From the NCBI GenBank assembly GCA_963794325.1, contig CAWCDG010000004.1, positions 1,504,001-1,568,000 of the forward strand: DNA of 64,000 nucleotides. Direction: 5' to 3'. The position numbers and the translations under genes are program-made. The notes under the pieces were generated by a model. That model had not been told where the DNA came from. It searched no databases and was given only the letters and a program-made list of their open reading frames with translations. Source of the stretch: an uncultured delta proteobacterium. GTDB taxonomy: Bacteria > Desulfobacterota > Binatia > Binatales > Binataceae. This document shows, one piece after another, positions 42,304-51,859 of this stretch (position 1 is its first letter; each line of letters opens with the position of its first letter).

Positions 42304-44199
42304 ATGTCAAACTCCAGTCCCCCTCTGATTCCACGCCGGGTTTTGCTGGGAGCCCCAAAGCGATGGCAGCCGACGATTTCACCCAATGGGGAGCAGCTAG
42401 CCTACCTCGCTCCTGACGATCGGGACGTCCTGCAGATCTGGGTGCGAACGCTGGGAAATAGTGATGATCGATGTGTGAGCCGCGCGCTCCGGCCGGTCTG
42501 GTTTTATGCGTGGAGCCGCGATTCGAAGACGGTCTTCTGCTTTCAGGACCAGGACGGCGACGAGAACTGGCATGTACAAGCGATCGACCTGGAGTCGCAG
42601 AACGTGCGCGACCTGACTCCGTGGCAGGGCGTGCGATGCCAAAACACGATGACCAGCGCGAAGCGGCCCGGCGAGATTCTAGCTGTGCTCAACGTCCGCG
42701 ACCGCAAGCTGATGGACGTGTGGCGGATCGACCTGCGAACGGGTGCGGCGACGCTCGAAGTGGAAAATCCCGGGGACGTTGAACGGTGGGTGGCCGACGA
42801 TGACCTCGTGGTGCGCGCCGCGCGGGTCCGCACCGCCGATGATGGTTTCGAAGTGCGCGTGCGCATCGATTACGCATCGCCGTGGCGGACGCTTCTGAGC
42901 ACCGCGCCCGATGGATGGGTACTTCCGCTGGGCTTCAGCCAGGATGGGCGCGACCTCTTCCTCCTTTCGTCGCTCGGAAGCGACACCATCCGAGTGGTCG
43001 CACGCGAGATCGAGTCGGGCGATGAGAGTGTAATCGCCGCGATGGACGGCTTTGATGCTGATCGGGTGATGATCCATCCGACTCGGCGGGTGATCGAGGC
43101 GGTGTCGTTCGAACCCGGACGACGGCAATGGAGCGTGATCGATCCCGGCATCGCGGCGGACTTCGAGGCGATCCGCAGCCTCGATAACGGCGACTTCCGC
43201 ATCGTGAGCCGCGACTCTGATGACCGCAAGTGGATCGTTGAGTTCCAGAGCGCTCACCGTTCAAGCCGGTACTTCCTGTGGGACCGCGCCGCGAGGAAGG
43301 CGGACTTTCTGTTCAGCGATCGACCCGAGCTCGACCAGGTTCAACTCGCCGAGGTCCGCCCGATCAAATATCGCGCGCGCGACGGGATTGAAGTGCATGG
43401 CTACCTGGCGTTGCCGGCAAGGCTCCAGCCGCTAAATCTACCGCTCGTACTCAATGTCCACGGCGGGCCGTGGCTGCGCGATTACTGGACGCTCGACATG
43501 TGGACACAGCTTCTTGCTAATCGCGGCTACGCGGTGCTTCAGCCAAACTTTCGCGGTTCGATGGGCTACGGGATGAAGCATCTCCACGCAGGAGATCGGC
43601 AGTGGGGCCTCGCGATGCAGGACGACCTGACCGATGCGGTGATGTGGGCAGTCGAGGAGGGCATCGCCGACCGCGAGCGGGTTGCGATCATCGGGCTTTC
43701 ATACGGAGGCTATGCGGCGGTTGCGGGTGCGGCCTTCACGCCCGACCTCTACAAGTGCGCGATCGACCTGTGCGGCTCATGCAATCTGTTCACGATGATC
43801 AGATCGTTTCCGTCCCATATTGCAATGCGCGCCCTGTGGAATGCGCGGGTGGGAAATCCCGACGACCCGGCAGATAAGGAGTTGTTGACGGATGCGTCAC
43901 CCATATTCGCGGCGGATAGAATCCGGATTCCGCTTCTGATCGCGCTAGGCGCCAACGACTCGCGCGTCAAGCAGTCCGAAGCCGAAGAGATCGTGGCGGC
44001 GATCGAGAAGAACGAAGGGTCTGCGATATACGTGCTCTATCCGGATGAGGGCCATGGGCTAGTGCGACCGGAGAACAATCAAGATTTTATGGCGCGCGCC
44101 GAGCGCTTTCTCGCTGAGCATCTCGGTGGACGATATGAATCTGTAGAGGGCGAGCGAATTCCAGGTTCGTCCGCAACCGTAAGAACGATCGGATACTAA
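42304..44199 (+). CDS. S9-family serine peptidase (prolyl oligopeptidase/acylaminoacyl-peptidase-like)
   Basis: Beta-propeller N-terminus; VHGGPW, GLSYGG (Ser), GANDSRV (Asp) and DEGHG (His). Confidence 0.92.
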   Translation: MSNSSPPLIPRRVLLGAPKRWQPTISPNGEQLAYLAPDDRDVLQIWVRTLGNSDDRCVSRALRPVWFYAWSRDSKTVFCFQDQDGDENWHVQAIDLESQNVRDLTPWQGVRCQNTMTSAKRPGEILAVLNVRDRKLMDVWRIDLRTGAATLEVENPGDVERWVADDDLVVRAARVRTADDGFEVRVRIDYASPWRTLLSTAPDGWVLPLGFSQDGRDLFLLSSLGSDTIRVVAREIESGDESVIAAMDGFDADRVMIHPTRRVIEAVSFEPGRRQWSVIDPGIAADFEAIRSLDNGDFRIVSRDSDDRKWIVEFQSAHRSSRYFLWDRAARKADFLFSDRPELDQVQLAEVRPIKYRARDGIEVHGYLALPARLQPLNLPLVLNVHGGPWLRDYWTLDMWTQLLANRGYAVLQPNFRGSMGYGMKHLHAGDRQWGLAMQDDLTDAVMWAVEEGIADRERVAIIGLSYGGYAAVAGAAFTPDLYKCAIDLCGSCNLFTMIRSFPSHIAMRALWNARVGNPDDPADKELLTDASPIFAADRIRIPLLIALGANDSRVKQSEAEEIVAAIEKNEGSAIYVLYPDEGHGLVRPENNQDFMARAERFLAEHLGGRYESVEGERIPGSSATVRTIGY

Positions 44200-45416
44200 T
44201 GGACGGCGGCTACCGCGTTGCGTGCCTGGTCAGTCATCCGATCCAGTACCAGGCGCCGCTGTTTCGTTATCTCGCGGCGCGTCCCGGAATCGGGCTGACA
44301 GTTTTTTTCCTCAGTGATTTGTCGGTGCACGCCTATCGCGATTCGGGCTTTGGCCTGGACGTGAAATGGGACCTGCCGCTGCTCGACGGCTACCAGCATG
44401 AGTTCCTGCCGCGCATCGGCTCCGGCAGCGGACTGTCGTTCTGGCGCCCGTGGACCTTCGGGCTTCGCGCGCGGCTGCGGCGCGGGCAATTCGATGCGCT
44501 GTGGGTTCACGGCTATGCGCATCGGGGATGCCTGGCGGGAATTGCCGCGGCGAAATCGCTGAACATCCCGGTGCTGCTCCGCGGGGAGTCCAATCTGCTG
44601 AGCGAAACCGACGACGCGCTGAAGCTGGGCGTCAAGCGTATCGCGATGCCCGCGTTGCTGCGAACAATTGACGGCGTCCTCGCGATCGGGCAACTCAATC
44701 GCGACTACTATCTTCGTTACGGTGTCGGCGGCCAGCGAATTTTCCCGATGCCTTACGCTGTCGACAACGAATTTTTCCGAACCGCTGCGGAGCGCGCGCG
44801 ACCGCATCGCGAACGGCTGCGCGGGGAGCTTGGGTTGAAGCCGGGACGGGCGGTAATTCTGTTCGCATCGAAGATGCAGCCGCACAAGCGCGCCGGCGAT
44901 TTGCTCGAGGCTTATGCGCGCCTGTCGCCCGACGGAGTTGCGGAACCTGAGTCGTACCTGGTATTCGCCGGCGACGGCGAAGAGCGGGCCAATCTGGAAC
45001 GCCGCGCACGCGAGCTGAAGTGGGACTCGATCCGTTTCATCGGGTTTCGCAATCAATCCGAACTCCCGCCGCTCTACGATCTGTGCGACGTGTTCGTTCT
45101 GCCGTCTGATCGCGAGCCGTGGGGCCTGGTGGTCAACGAAGCGATGAACGCAGGTAAGCCGGTGATAGTTAGCGATCGCGTCGGCGCCGGGCCGGATTTG
45201 ATCGACGACGGCGTGAACGGATTTGTATATCCGGCACGCGACGTCGCCGCGCTGGCGGCCCGCCTGCGCCAGCTTATAGACAGCACCGAGCATCGCATCG
45301 CGATGGGCGCACGCGCGCTCGAAAGGATCGCGCGACTTGATTTTGCCGCAGACCGAGACGGCTTGTTAGCGGCGCTCGATTCTATTGTCGGCAAAAAGGC
45401 GCGCGCCGCCGCCTGA
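44199..45416 (+). CDS. Glycosyltransferase family 4
   Basis: SHPIQYQAPLF and EPWGLVVNEAM motifs. Confidence 0.92.
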   Translation: MDGGYRVACLVSHPIQYQAPLFRYLAARPGIGLTVFFLSDLSVHAYRDSGFGLDVKWDLPLLDGYQHEFLPRIGSGSGLSFWRPWTFGLRARLRRGQFDALWVHGYAHRGCLAGIAAAKSLNIPVLLRGESNLLSETDDALKLGVKRIAMPALLRTIDGVLAIGQLNRDYYLRYGVGGQRIFPMPYAVDNEFFRTAAERARPHRERLRGELGLKPGRAVILFASKMQPHKRAGDLLEAYARLSPDGVAEPESYLVFAGDGEERANLERRARELKWDSIRFIGFRNQSELPPLYDLCDVFVLPSDREPWGLVVNEAMNAGKPVIVSDRVGAGPDLIDDGVNGFVYPARDVAALAARLRQLIDSTEHRIAMGARALERIARLDFAADRDGLLAALDSIVGKKARAAA

Positions 45417-45456
45417 CACAGTATCTATCGATCGGATGAGCCTGTAGTTTGATAGC

Positions 45457-47646
45457 TTGCAAAAAATAGGACGAGCGGCGACATATGCGGCGATCGCCGT
45501 AGTTCTGATGATGGTTTCGGTTAGTGATGCCGGCGGCCCCGATACTTGGGCCACTCGCACCTCAGACCCGAGCCCCCCGAACGGTGTCACCAGCGGCGAG
45601 ATCAACGGGATCATCTACCTGTATGGCTATGTCGACACCGGAGTCGACATGGGTCACGGTGTCCTGGGCATCTACAACCCGGCCACAGATTCATGGACGA
45701 CCGGCGCATCGCCCGGCGTCGCTCGCGTAGACCCCAACATCGGCGTCATCAATGGCAAGATGTACGTGGTCGGCGGCTGCATCACCTCGGATTGCAGAAT
45801 CGGCGTCACGAGTGCGCTCGAAATCTACGATCCCGTTGGCAACTCGTGGTTGAATGGTGCGCCGATGCCGACCGCGCGCTACGGAGCCGCGTCTGGTGTA
45901 ATCGCGGGCAAGCTGTATGTCAGCGGCGGAGACACGGCATGTCCGCCATGCGTGAACACCGATGTTACCGAAATTTACGACCCGACCATGAACGCATGGA
46001 CGACCGGCGCGTCGATCCCACTCTCATTCGACAACATGACCGGCGCCGTCGCCGGTGGACTGCTCTATGCGATTGGCGGCTACGAACAGGGGATCAGCGC
46101 CGCGGTCAGTAATGTGCAGGTCTATGACCCCGTCGCCAACAGTTGGTCCACAGGTTCGGCGATGCCGACCGCGCGGCAAGGGGCGATCGCGGGAATCATC
46201 AATGGCGACATCTATGTGGTCGGGGGATCCAGCACCGCCGCTCTGGCGACCAACGAAAGTTACGACCCGTCGACCGATATGTGGACCGAGCGCACCTCGG
46301 TGCCCACACTGCGGAGCGGGATAGCTGGCAGCGTCGTCAACTCGAACCTGTATGCTATCGACGGGACCGTGAGCGGGGTCCCCGTCGGTACGAACGAGGA
46401 GTACACGGCGCCCACGGCCTCGGCGACCCGCACTCCGACGCCGACCGCAACCGCTACTCCCACGAGCACTGCGACGCCGACCGCAAGCATCACAGCAACC
46501 CCAACTGCATCCGCGACGGCCACTGTCACCGCCACGCTAACAGCTACGCCAACGGCCACTGTCACTGCCACGCTAACAGCTACGGCCACGGCCACTGTCA
46601 CCGCCACGCCAACAGCTACCGCGACGGCTTCCTCGACGGCGACAGCCACTGCCACAGCGTCGGCTACCGCAACCGCCACACCGACGGCGACGTCAACCCC
46701 GGTGCATGCCACGCTCAAGGCTGCGCCGAAGTCGCTAAAATTCGGCAGCGAGTTCGTTGGCGTGATGAGCAAGCCGAAGAACCTCGTGCTCAGCAACCTG
46801 AAGAACATCAAGTTGAACGCGCCTATCACGATTTTCTCGATCCAGCCCAGCACGAAGGAGTTTGCAGCCTCGCAGAATTGCCTGGGTCAACTCGCCGCGG
46901 GCGCCACATGCGATGTCGCGGTGACTTTCACTCCGGCCGGTATCGGCCATCGCAAAGCGAAGCTGGTTATCGCAAGCAATGCGATCAATCGGTCGCTGTC
47001 GGTGCCGCTTAAGGGCATCGGCAAGGGCGTTCGTGGAGCGACGGCGACGCCTACTGCGACGATGACGCCGACTGCGACTCCGACTCACACCGGCTCGCCG
47101 ACTCCGACTGCAACCGCTACTGCGAGCGTATCGGCGACACCGACTTTCACTGCAACGCCAACGGGCACGGGCACTGCGAAGACTCCGACCGCGACTCCGA
47201 CTCGAACCACCACCATCACCGCGACTCCAACTCGCACCGCTACCGCGACCCGCACCGTAACGCCAACGCCCACCGCGACTCCGACTCCAGTGTCGATTGG
47301 AGTGGGCGGTTGCAACGTCAGCTACGTGAGCGGCGGTGCGGAGTGCTCGGCTTCCGGCCCGCCGGGCATCGACCTTTGCACCGGCAGCACCACGGTCAAC
47401 ATCAAGTGCAAGGTTACCACCGGCTCGGTTGTGGTGACTTTTGGAAGCGATTCCGACTTTATTGTTTGCAATGCGACGGTGCCCGCGGGAAGTACTCCGG
47501 GACTGATTCCGGTTCCATGCACTGCCCAACCAATCGTTCAGGGCGATTGCCCGCCGGGAGACTCGATCGTGGTTGGCGACGACAATACTGTCACGCTCGG
47601 ACAGGGCACCGTGCCGTTTATGTGGACCTGCGATCCGGGCGCCTGA
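45457..47646 (+). CDS. Secreted Kelch-repeat protein with Thr/Ala/Pro-rich linkers, Ig-like (ASH/choice-of-anchor D-like) domain and Cys-rich C-terminus
   Basis: Signal peptide; about six Kelch repeats (YVVGG...YDP...W); two TATPT-rich stretches flank LKFG...CLGQLAAGATCDVAVTFTP. Confidence 0.85.
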   Translation: MQKIGRAATYAAIAVVLMMVSVSDAGGPDTWATRTSDPSPPNGVTSGEINGIIYLYGYVDTGVDMGHGVLGIYNPATDSWTTGASPGVARVDPNIGVINGKMYVVGGCITSDCRIGVTSALEIYDPVGNSWLNGAPMPTARYGAASGVIAGKLYVSGGDTACPPCVNTDVTEIYDPTMNAWTTGASIPLSFDNMTGAVAGGLLYAIGGYEQGISAAVSNVQVYDPVANSWSTGSAMPTARQGAIAGIINGDIYVVGGSSTAALATNESYDPSTDMWTERTSVPTLRSGIAGSVVNSNLYAIDGTVSGVPVGTNEEYTAPTASATRTPTPTATATPTSTATPTASITATPTASATATVTATLTATPTATVTATLTATATATVTATPTATATASSTATATATASATATATPTATSTPVHATLKAAPKSLKFGSEFVGVMSKPKNLVLSNLKNIKLNAPITIFSIQPSTKEFAASQNCLGQLAAGATCDVAVTFTPAGIGHRKAKLVIASNAINRSLSVPLKGIGKGVRGATATPTATMTPTATPTHTGSPTPTATATASVSATPTFTATPTGTGTAKTPTATPTRTTTITATPTRTATATRTVTPTPTATPTPVSIGVGGCNVSYVSGGAECSASGPPGIDLCTGSTTVNIKCKVTTGSVVVTFGSDSDFIVCNATVPAGSTPGLIPVPCTAQPIVQGDCPPGDSIVVGDDNTVTLGQGTVPFMWTCDPGA
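46516..46623 (+). repeat. 36-bp tandem repeat x3 encoding TATVTAT(L/P)TAT(P/A)
   Basis: Units start at 46516, 46552 and 46588 (ACGGCCACTGTCACYGCCACGCYAACAGCTAC...). Confidence 0.85.
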
Positions 47647-47665
47647 AACCAATAATCCGCCATCA

Positions 47666-48697
47666 ATGGATGCGACGCGGAAAACGATCTCGGCAATAGT
47701 TCCGGTCTTCAACGGAGAGGCTACGATTGCCGCTGCGATCGACAGCGCGCTCGCGCAGAAGTTCGACGGCGCACTCGAGGTGATCGTCGTCAATGACGGT
47801 TCGACCGATGCGACCTCGAGCGTGCTCGATGCGTATCGCGGGCGCGTGACCGTGCTCGATCGCGTCAATGGCGGTCCGGCCGCCGCGCGCAACGCGGGAG
47901 TGCGCGCGTCGCACGCCGAGTACCTCGCGTTCCTGGACGCCGATGACATCTGGATGCCCGGCAAGCTCGAGAAGACATTGGCAGCGCTCGACAGCGACAG
48001 TGGCGCCGCGATGGTCTATACGAACGCATCGATGATGGCTGCCAACGGCGAAATGCTTGGCGTCACCTATACTCCCGAAAATGAAAGGCGCGCGCCCGCG
48101 ATGGAGGACATGCTGTCGGGGCTCTGGAATATTTTGCCCAGCACCGCCGTGATGAAGCGCGCGACCTTCGACGCGATCGGCGGATTCCACGAAGAATTCG
48201 CAACCGGGCATCCGCAATGGGAAGACAGCTACTTCATGCTCGTCGCGCGCGAGCATGGCCGCTTCGTGTATCTCGATGAGCCTACCGTCTTCTACCGGGT
48301 GGCAGGTTCGGTGGCGGATAGCCTGAAGCGGCGCCGCGTGTGGAAGAATGAATCGAAGAATCCCGAAACGTCGCGCGTCGATCGTTACGTGCGCAATTCG
48401 GAATTGATCCAGCGCTTGGTGCGCGATCGGTTCGGCAATCGCGCGGTACAACTGCTCGCTGCGATACGCCGCGCAACCGCCGGCTTGCTGGTCAGCGTCG
48501 GACTGACTGCGATGCTTGAATACGATCGAATCTTCGCGCGGCGCTGTTACCGGCTCGCGCTGCATTACGATCCCGTCAACCCGAAGACCTACGTGCGTAT
48601 CGCATGGACTTACCTGCCGGAGCGCATCGCGCGCACAATATCGGCACTGTTGCCCCCTAGAATTCAGCGTGCGGTCTCGGGTCCCGCGCATGCTTGA
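47666..48697 (+). CDS. Glycosyltransferase family 2 (paralog 1 of 4)
   Basis: ISAIVPVFN, VNDGSTD, ARNAG and FLDADD motifs. Confidence 0.9.
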   Translation: MDATRKTISAIVPVFNGEATIAAAIDSALAQKFDGALEVIVVNDGSTDATSSVLDAYRGRVTVLDRVNGGPAAARNAGVRASHAEYLAFLDADDIWMPGKLEKTLAALDSDSGAAMVYTNASMMAANGEMLGVTYTPENERRAPAMEDMLSGLWNILPSTAVMKRATFDAIGGFHEEFATGHPQWEDSYFMLVAREHGRFVYLDEPTVFYRVAGSVADSLKRRRVWKNESKNPETSRVDRYVRNSELIQRLVRDRFGNRAVQLLAAIRRATAGLLVSVGLTAMLEYDRIFARRCYRLALHYDPVNPKTYVRIAWTYLPERIARTISALLPPRIQRAVSGPAHA

Positions 48698-49793
48698 GCA
48701 GCGCGCGACAACGGGGCGCGGCCTTAATACTGAAAAAAAAGTGTCGGTCGTGATTCCCGCCTACAACGCCGAGGCAACCATTGCCGAGACGCTGGAGAGT
48801 GTGTTCGCGCAGCGCTTCGACCGCGGGTTCGAAGTGATTGTCGTAAACGATGGGTCTACCGACGGCACGCGCGCGATGCTCGAAAAATTCGACGATCGGA
48901 TTCGCATAATCGAGCAGCCGAGACGGGGCGTGTCTGCGGCGCGCAACGCCGGTATCCGGGCGGCGGCAGGAGAATATATCGCGCTGCTCGACGCCGACGA
49001 CGCCTGGACCGAGGACAAGCTCGAGAAGACGATTGCGGCGCTCGAGAAAAACCCGGCGTGCGTGGCGGCATTCTCGGATGCGACCATAGTGGAAAGCCCG
49101 GGTCGGCTCCTTGCGCCGAACTATGTCGACACCGCGCACTATCATTCGCCGACGCTCGACGAGTTGCTCAATCCGAGGTCGTGGCCGATTCTGCCCAGCT
49201 CGATAGTGGTGCGGCGGGAGACGATGCTCGAGATTGGGGGCTTTCCCGAGGAGTTTGCGGCGAGCGACTATTTCGGGGAAGACACATTTGCGTTCATCCT
49301 GATGCGCGAGCGCGGCGAGATGGTCTTTGTGCCCGAGCAATTGGTGCGGTACCGGATGCCGGAGTGGGAGGAACGGCTGACCAAGCGAATTGGACCGCTC
49401 AATTTCGACGGTGCCAGCGAATCACGCGGCCGAATTGAAGATCCCAACGCGTACTTCAGAGGAAACCGCGTCTTTGCGAAGCTTATGCGCGATCGATTCG
49501 GCGCTCGCGGGCGCGAACTGGCGGACGCCAAAGTCGACGAAGCAGCGCGCGAGCTGGTGATGATGGGAATGATTGCGATGCACGGGGGCAATCGCTGGTA
49601 CGCGCGGCGCTGTTACCGCGCGTCGATTGGTCATCGCCCGCTGTGGTTGAAGACCTGGTTCCGGCTCGGGTGGGCGATGCTTCCGGACGGCGTTTCGCGG
49701 CGGCTCTCACCGATGCTTTCGCCGGGGCTGCATCGCAGTCTTTCAGGTCCGCCGTTCCTGGAGTCCGCGCGCGACAACGGAGCGCGGCCTTAA
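48690..49793 (+). CDS. Glycosyltransferase family 2 (paralog 2 of 4)
   Basis: VSVVIPAYN, VNDGSTD and LLDADD motifs; start at ATG 48690 or GTG 48741. Confidence 0.88.
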   Translation: MLEQRATTGRGLNTEKKVSVVIPAYNAEATIAETLESVFAQRFDRGFEVIVVNDGSTDGTRAMLEKFDDRIRIIEQPRRGVSAARNAGIRAAAGEYIALLDADDAWTEDKLEKTIAALEKNPACVAAFSDATIVESPGRLLAPNYVDTAHYHSPTLDELLNPRSWPILPSSIVVRRETMLEIGGFPEEFAASDYFGEDTFAFILMRERGEMVFVPEQLVRYRMPEWEERLTKRIGPLNFDGASESRGRIEDPNAYFRGNRVFAKLMRDRFGARGRELADAKVDEAARELVMMGMIAMHGGNRWYARRCYRASIGHRPLWLKTWFRLGWAMLPDGVSRRLSPMLSPGLHRSLSGPPFLESARDNGARP

Positions 49794-49804
49794 TACTGAA
49801 AAAC

Positions 49805-50839
49805 ATGAAAGTCTCGGTCGTGATTCCCACGTTTAACGTCGAAGGCACTATTGCCGAGACGCTGGACAGCGTGTTTGCGCAGCGCTTCGACGGCAGTTTC
49901 GAGGTGATTGTCGTCAACGACGGCTCGACCGATGGCACGTCCGGAGTGCTCGCAAAGTTCGGCGATCGGATTCGCGTGATCGAGCAGCCGAACCGGGGGA
50001 TCGCTGCGGCACGAAACGCCGGTATTTGGGCGGCGACGGGCGAATATGTCGCGCTGCTGGACGGCGACGATACCTGGACCGACGGGATGCTTCAGAAGAC
50101 GGTGCCAGTGCTCGATAGAAATCCGGCATGCGCGGCGGTCTTTGGGGACGGGATGCTGGTGGATCTCGCCGGCAGGATCGTCTCGCCACACTACGTCGAG
50201 CCCGGATTCGATCACTCGCCGACGCTTGACGAAATGCTCGCGGACGCGTGGCCGATACTGGTCGGCGCGATCCTGATACGGCGCGAGACACTACTCGCAA
50301 CCGGAGGCTTTTCCGAGGAATTCGACGCGGGCGCCTACGGAGGCGAGGACACGTTCGCGTTCATCCTGATACGCGAGCACGGTGAAATCGTATATGTGCC
50401 GGAGACGCTGATGCGCTACCGGCGGCCGGACTTCAGGCAAAGGGCTGCCAAGCGTGTCGCCGCGCTCGAGCGAGACGGGAAATCGCGCGGCGGCGCCCTT
50501 GATCCGGAAATCTACTTTGCAGGGCACCGAGTCTTTGAGCGCGTCATGCGCGAACGATTCGGCGCTCGCGGCAACATGCTCGTAGAGGATTCGATTGACA
50601 GGAAGGCGCGCGAGCTGGTGACCCTCGGCATGATGGCGATGCATGAGGGCAATCGCGGGCTCGCGCGGCGATGTTACCGGAGCGCGATTCGCAATCGGCC
50701 GGCAACAATGAAGACGTACTTTCGGCTGCTGTGGGCGATGTTGCCGGAGGGCCTCGCGCGAGTACTGTCCCCGATGCTTTCATCGCGGCTCCGGCAGAGC
50801 GTGTCAGGTCCGCCAGCCCTGGAGCAGCGGCCGCTATGA
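49805..50839 (+). CDS. Glycosyltransferase family 2 (paralog 3 of 4)
   Basis: MKVSVVIPTFN, VNDGSTD and LLDGDD motifs. Confidence 0.9.
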   Translation: MKVSVVIPTFNVEGTIAETLDSVFAQRFDGSFEVIVVNDGSTDGTSGVLAKFGDRIRVIEQPNRGIAAARNAGIWAATGEYVALLDGDDTWTDGMLQKTVPVLDRNPACAAVFGDGMLVDLAGRIVSPHYVEPGFDHSPTLDEMLADAWPILVGAILIRRETLLATGGFSEEFDAGAYGGEDTFAFILIREHGEIVYVPETLMRYRRPDFRQRAAKRVAALERDGKSRGGALDPEIYFAGHRVFERVMRERFGARGNMLVEDSIDRKARELVTLGMMAMHEGNRGLARRCYRSAIRNRPATMKTYFRLLWAMLPEGLARVLSPMLSSRLRQSVSGPPALEQRPL

Positions 50840-51849
50840 AAGTGTCGGTCGTAATACCCGTGTACAATTGCGAACGGACGATAGCCGCCTCGGTTGAAAG
50901 CGCGCTGGCCCAGCGGTTCGGCGGCGAATTCGAGGTGATCGTCGTCAACGATGGATCGACCGACGGCACGCGCCCGGCACTCGAAAAATTTGGGCCTCGG
51001 ATCCGCGTCATCGATCAGGAGAACGCGGGCGTCGCGTCGGCGCGCAACGCGGGAATTCGGGCGGCCGCGGGAGAATACATCGCGCTGCTCGACGCCGACG
51101 ATACGTGGATGGAAGACAAGCTCGCGAAGACGGTCCCGGTGCTCGAGCAGAATCCGGCGTGCGTGTCGGTGTTCTCGGACGCGGTGCAGGTCGATGGAGC
51201 GGGAAACATGGTCGTTCCGTATTTCGTCCCGCCGCATCAGGCGCATTCGCCGACGCTGGATGAAACGCTCGAACAGTGCTGGATGATTCAACCGAGCGCG
51301 ACGGTGACGCGGAGGGCGACTCTGATCGCGACCGGAGGATTTCCGGAAGAATTCGGCCGTCGCGCATACGGCGGCGAAGATACCTATGCGTTTCTCCTCG
51401 TGCGCGAGCGCGGAGAGATACACTTCGTTCCGGAAAAACTGGTGCGCTATCGGCTCTCGGAATTCAATGAGAACTACGCCAAGCGGGTCAGATCGGGCGA
51501 CAAAAGCCCTGAACAGATGTTTGGCGGCTATCTGATATTCGCGCGAATGGTACGCGATCGTTACGGCGCGCGCGGCCGGCCGCTGGTCCGCCTCGCGACC
51601 GACACAGTAGGAAGCGGATTGGTGAGCTTGGGCCTGATGGCGATGCACGAGGGCGATCGCGCGCTGGCCCGCCAATATTACCGCGAGTCGCTTCGCTATC
51701 GGCCGCTGGACCTGAAGACTTACGTGCGGATGTCGTGGGCGGTGTTGCCGGTCGGAATTGCGGACAAGTTCATCGGATTCCTGACCCCGCGGATGCGGCG
51801 CAGCCTGTCGGGTCCACCGTTCCACGTTTTGCATAACCGTCCGAACTGA
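50836..51849 (+). CDS. Glycosyltransferase family 2 (paralog 4 of 4)
   Basis: MKVSVVIPVYN, VNDGSTD and LLDADD motifs; ATGA overlap with paralog 3. Confidence 0.9.
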   Translation: MKVSVVIPVYNCERTIAASVESALAQRFGGEFEVIVVNDGSTDGTRPALEKFGPRIRVIDQENAGVASARNAGIRAAAGEYIALLDADDTWMEDKLAKTVPVLEQNPACVSVFSDAVQVDGAGNMVVPYFVPPHQAHSPTLDETLEQCWMIQPSATVTRRATLIATGGFPEEFGRRAYGGEDTYAFLLVRERGEIHFVPEKLVRYRLSEFNENYAKRVRSGDKSPEQMFGGYLIFARMVRDRYGARGRPLVRLATDTVGSGLVSLGLMAMHEGDRALARQYYRESLRYRPLDLKTYVRMSWAVLPVGIADKFIGFLTPRMRRSLSGPPFHVLHNRPN

Positions 51850-51859
51850 ACTGGAATCC

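Noticed and set aside
46405-47290. Thr-rich repeats as a non-coding repeat array
   Set aside because: They are in-frame low-complexity linkers of the Kelch protein with synonymous variation.
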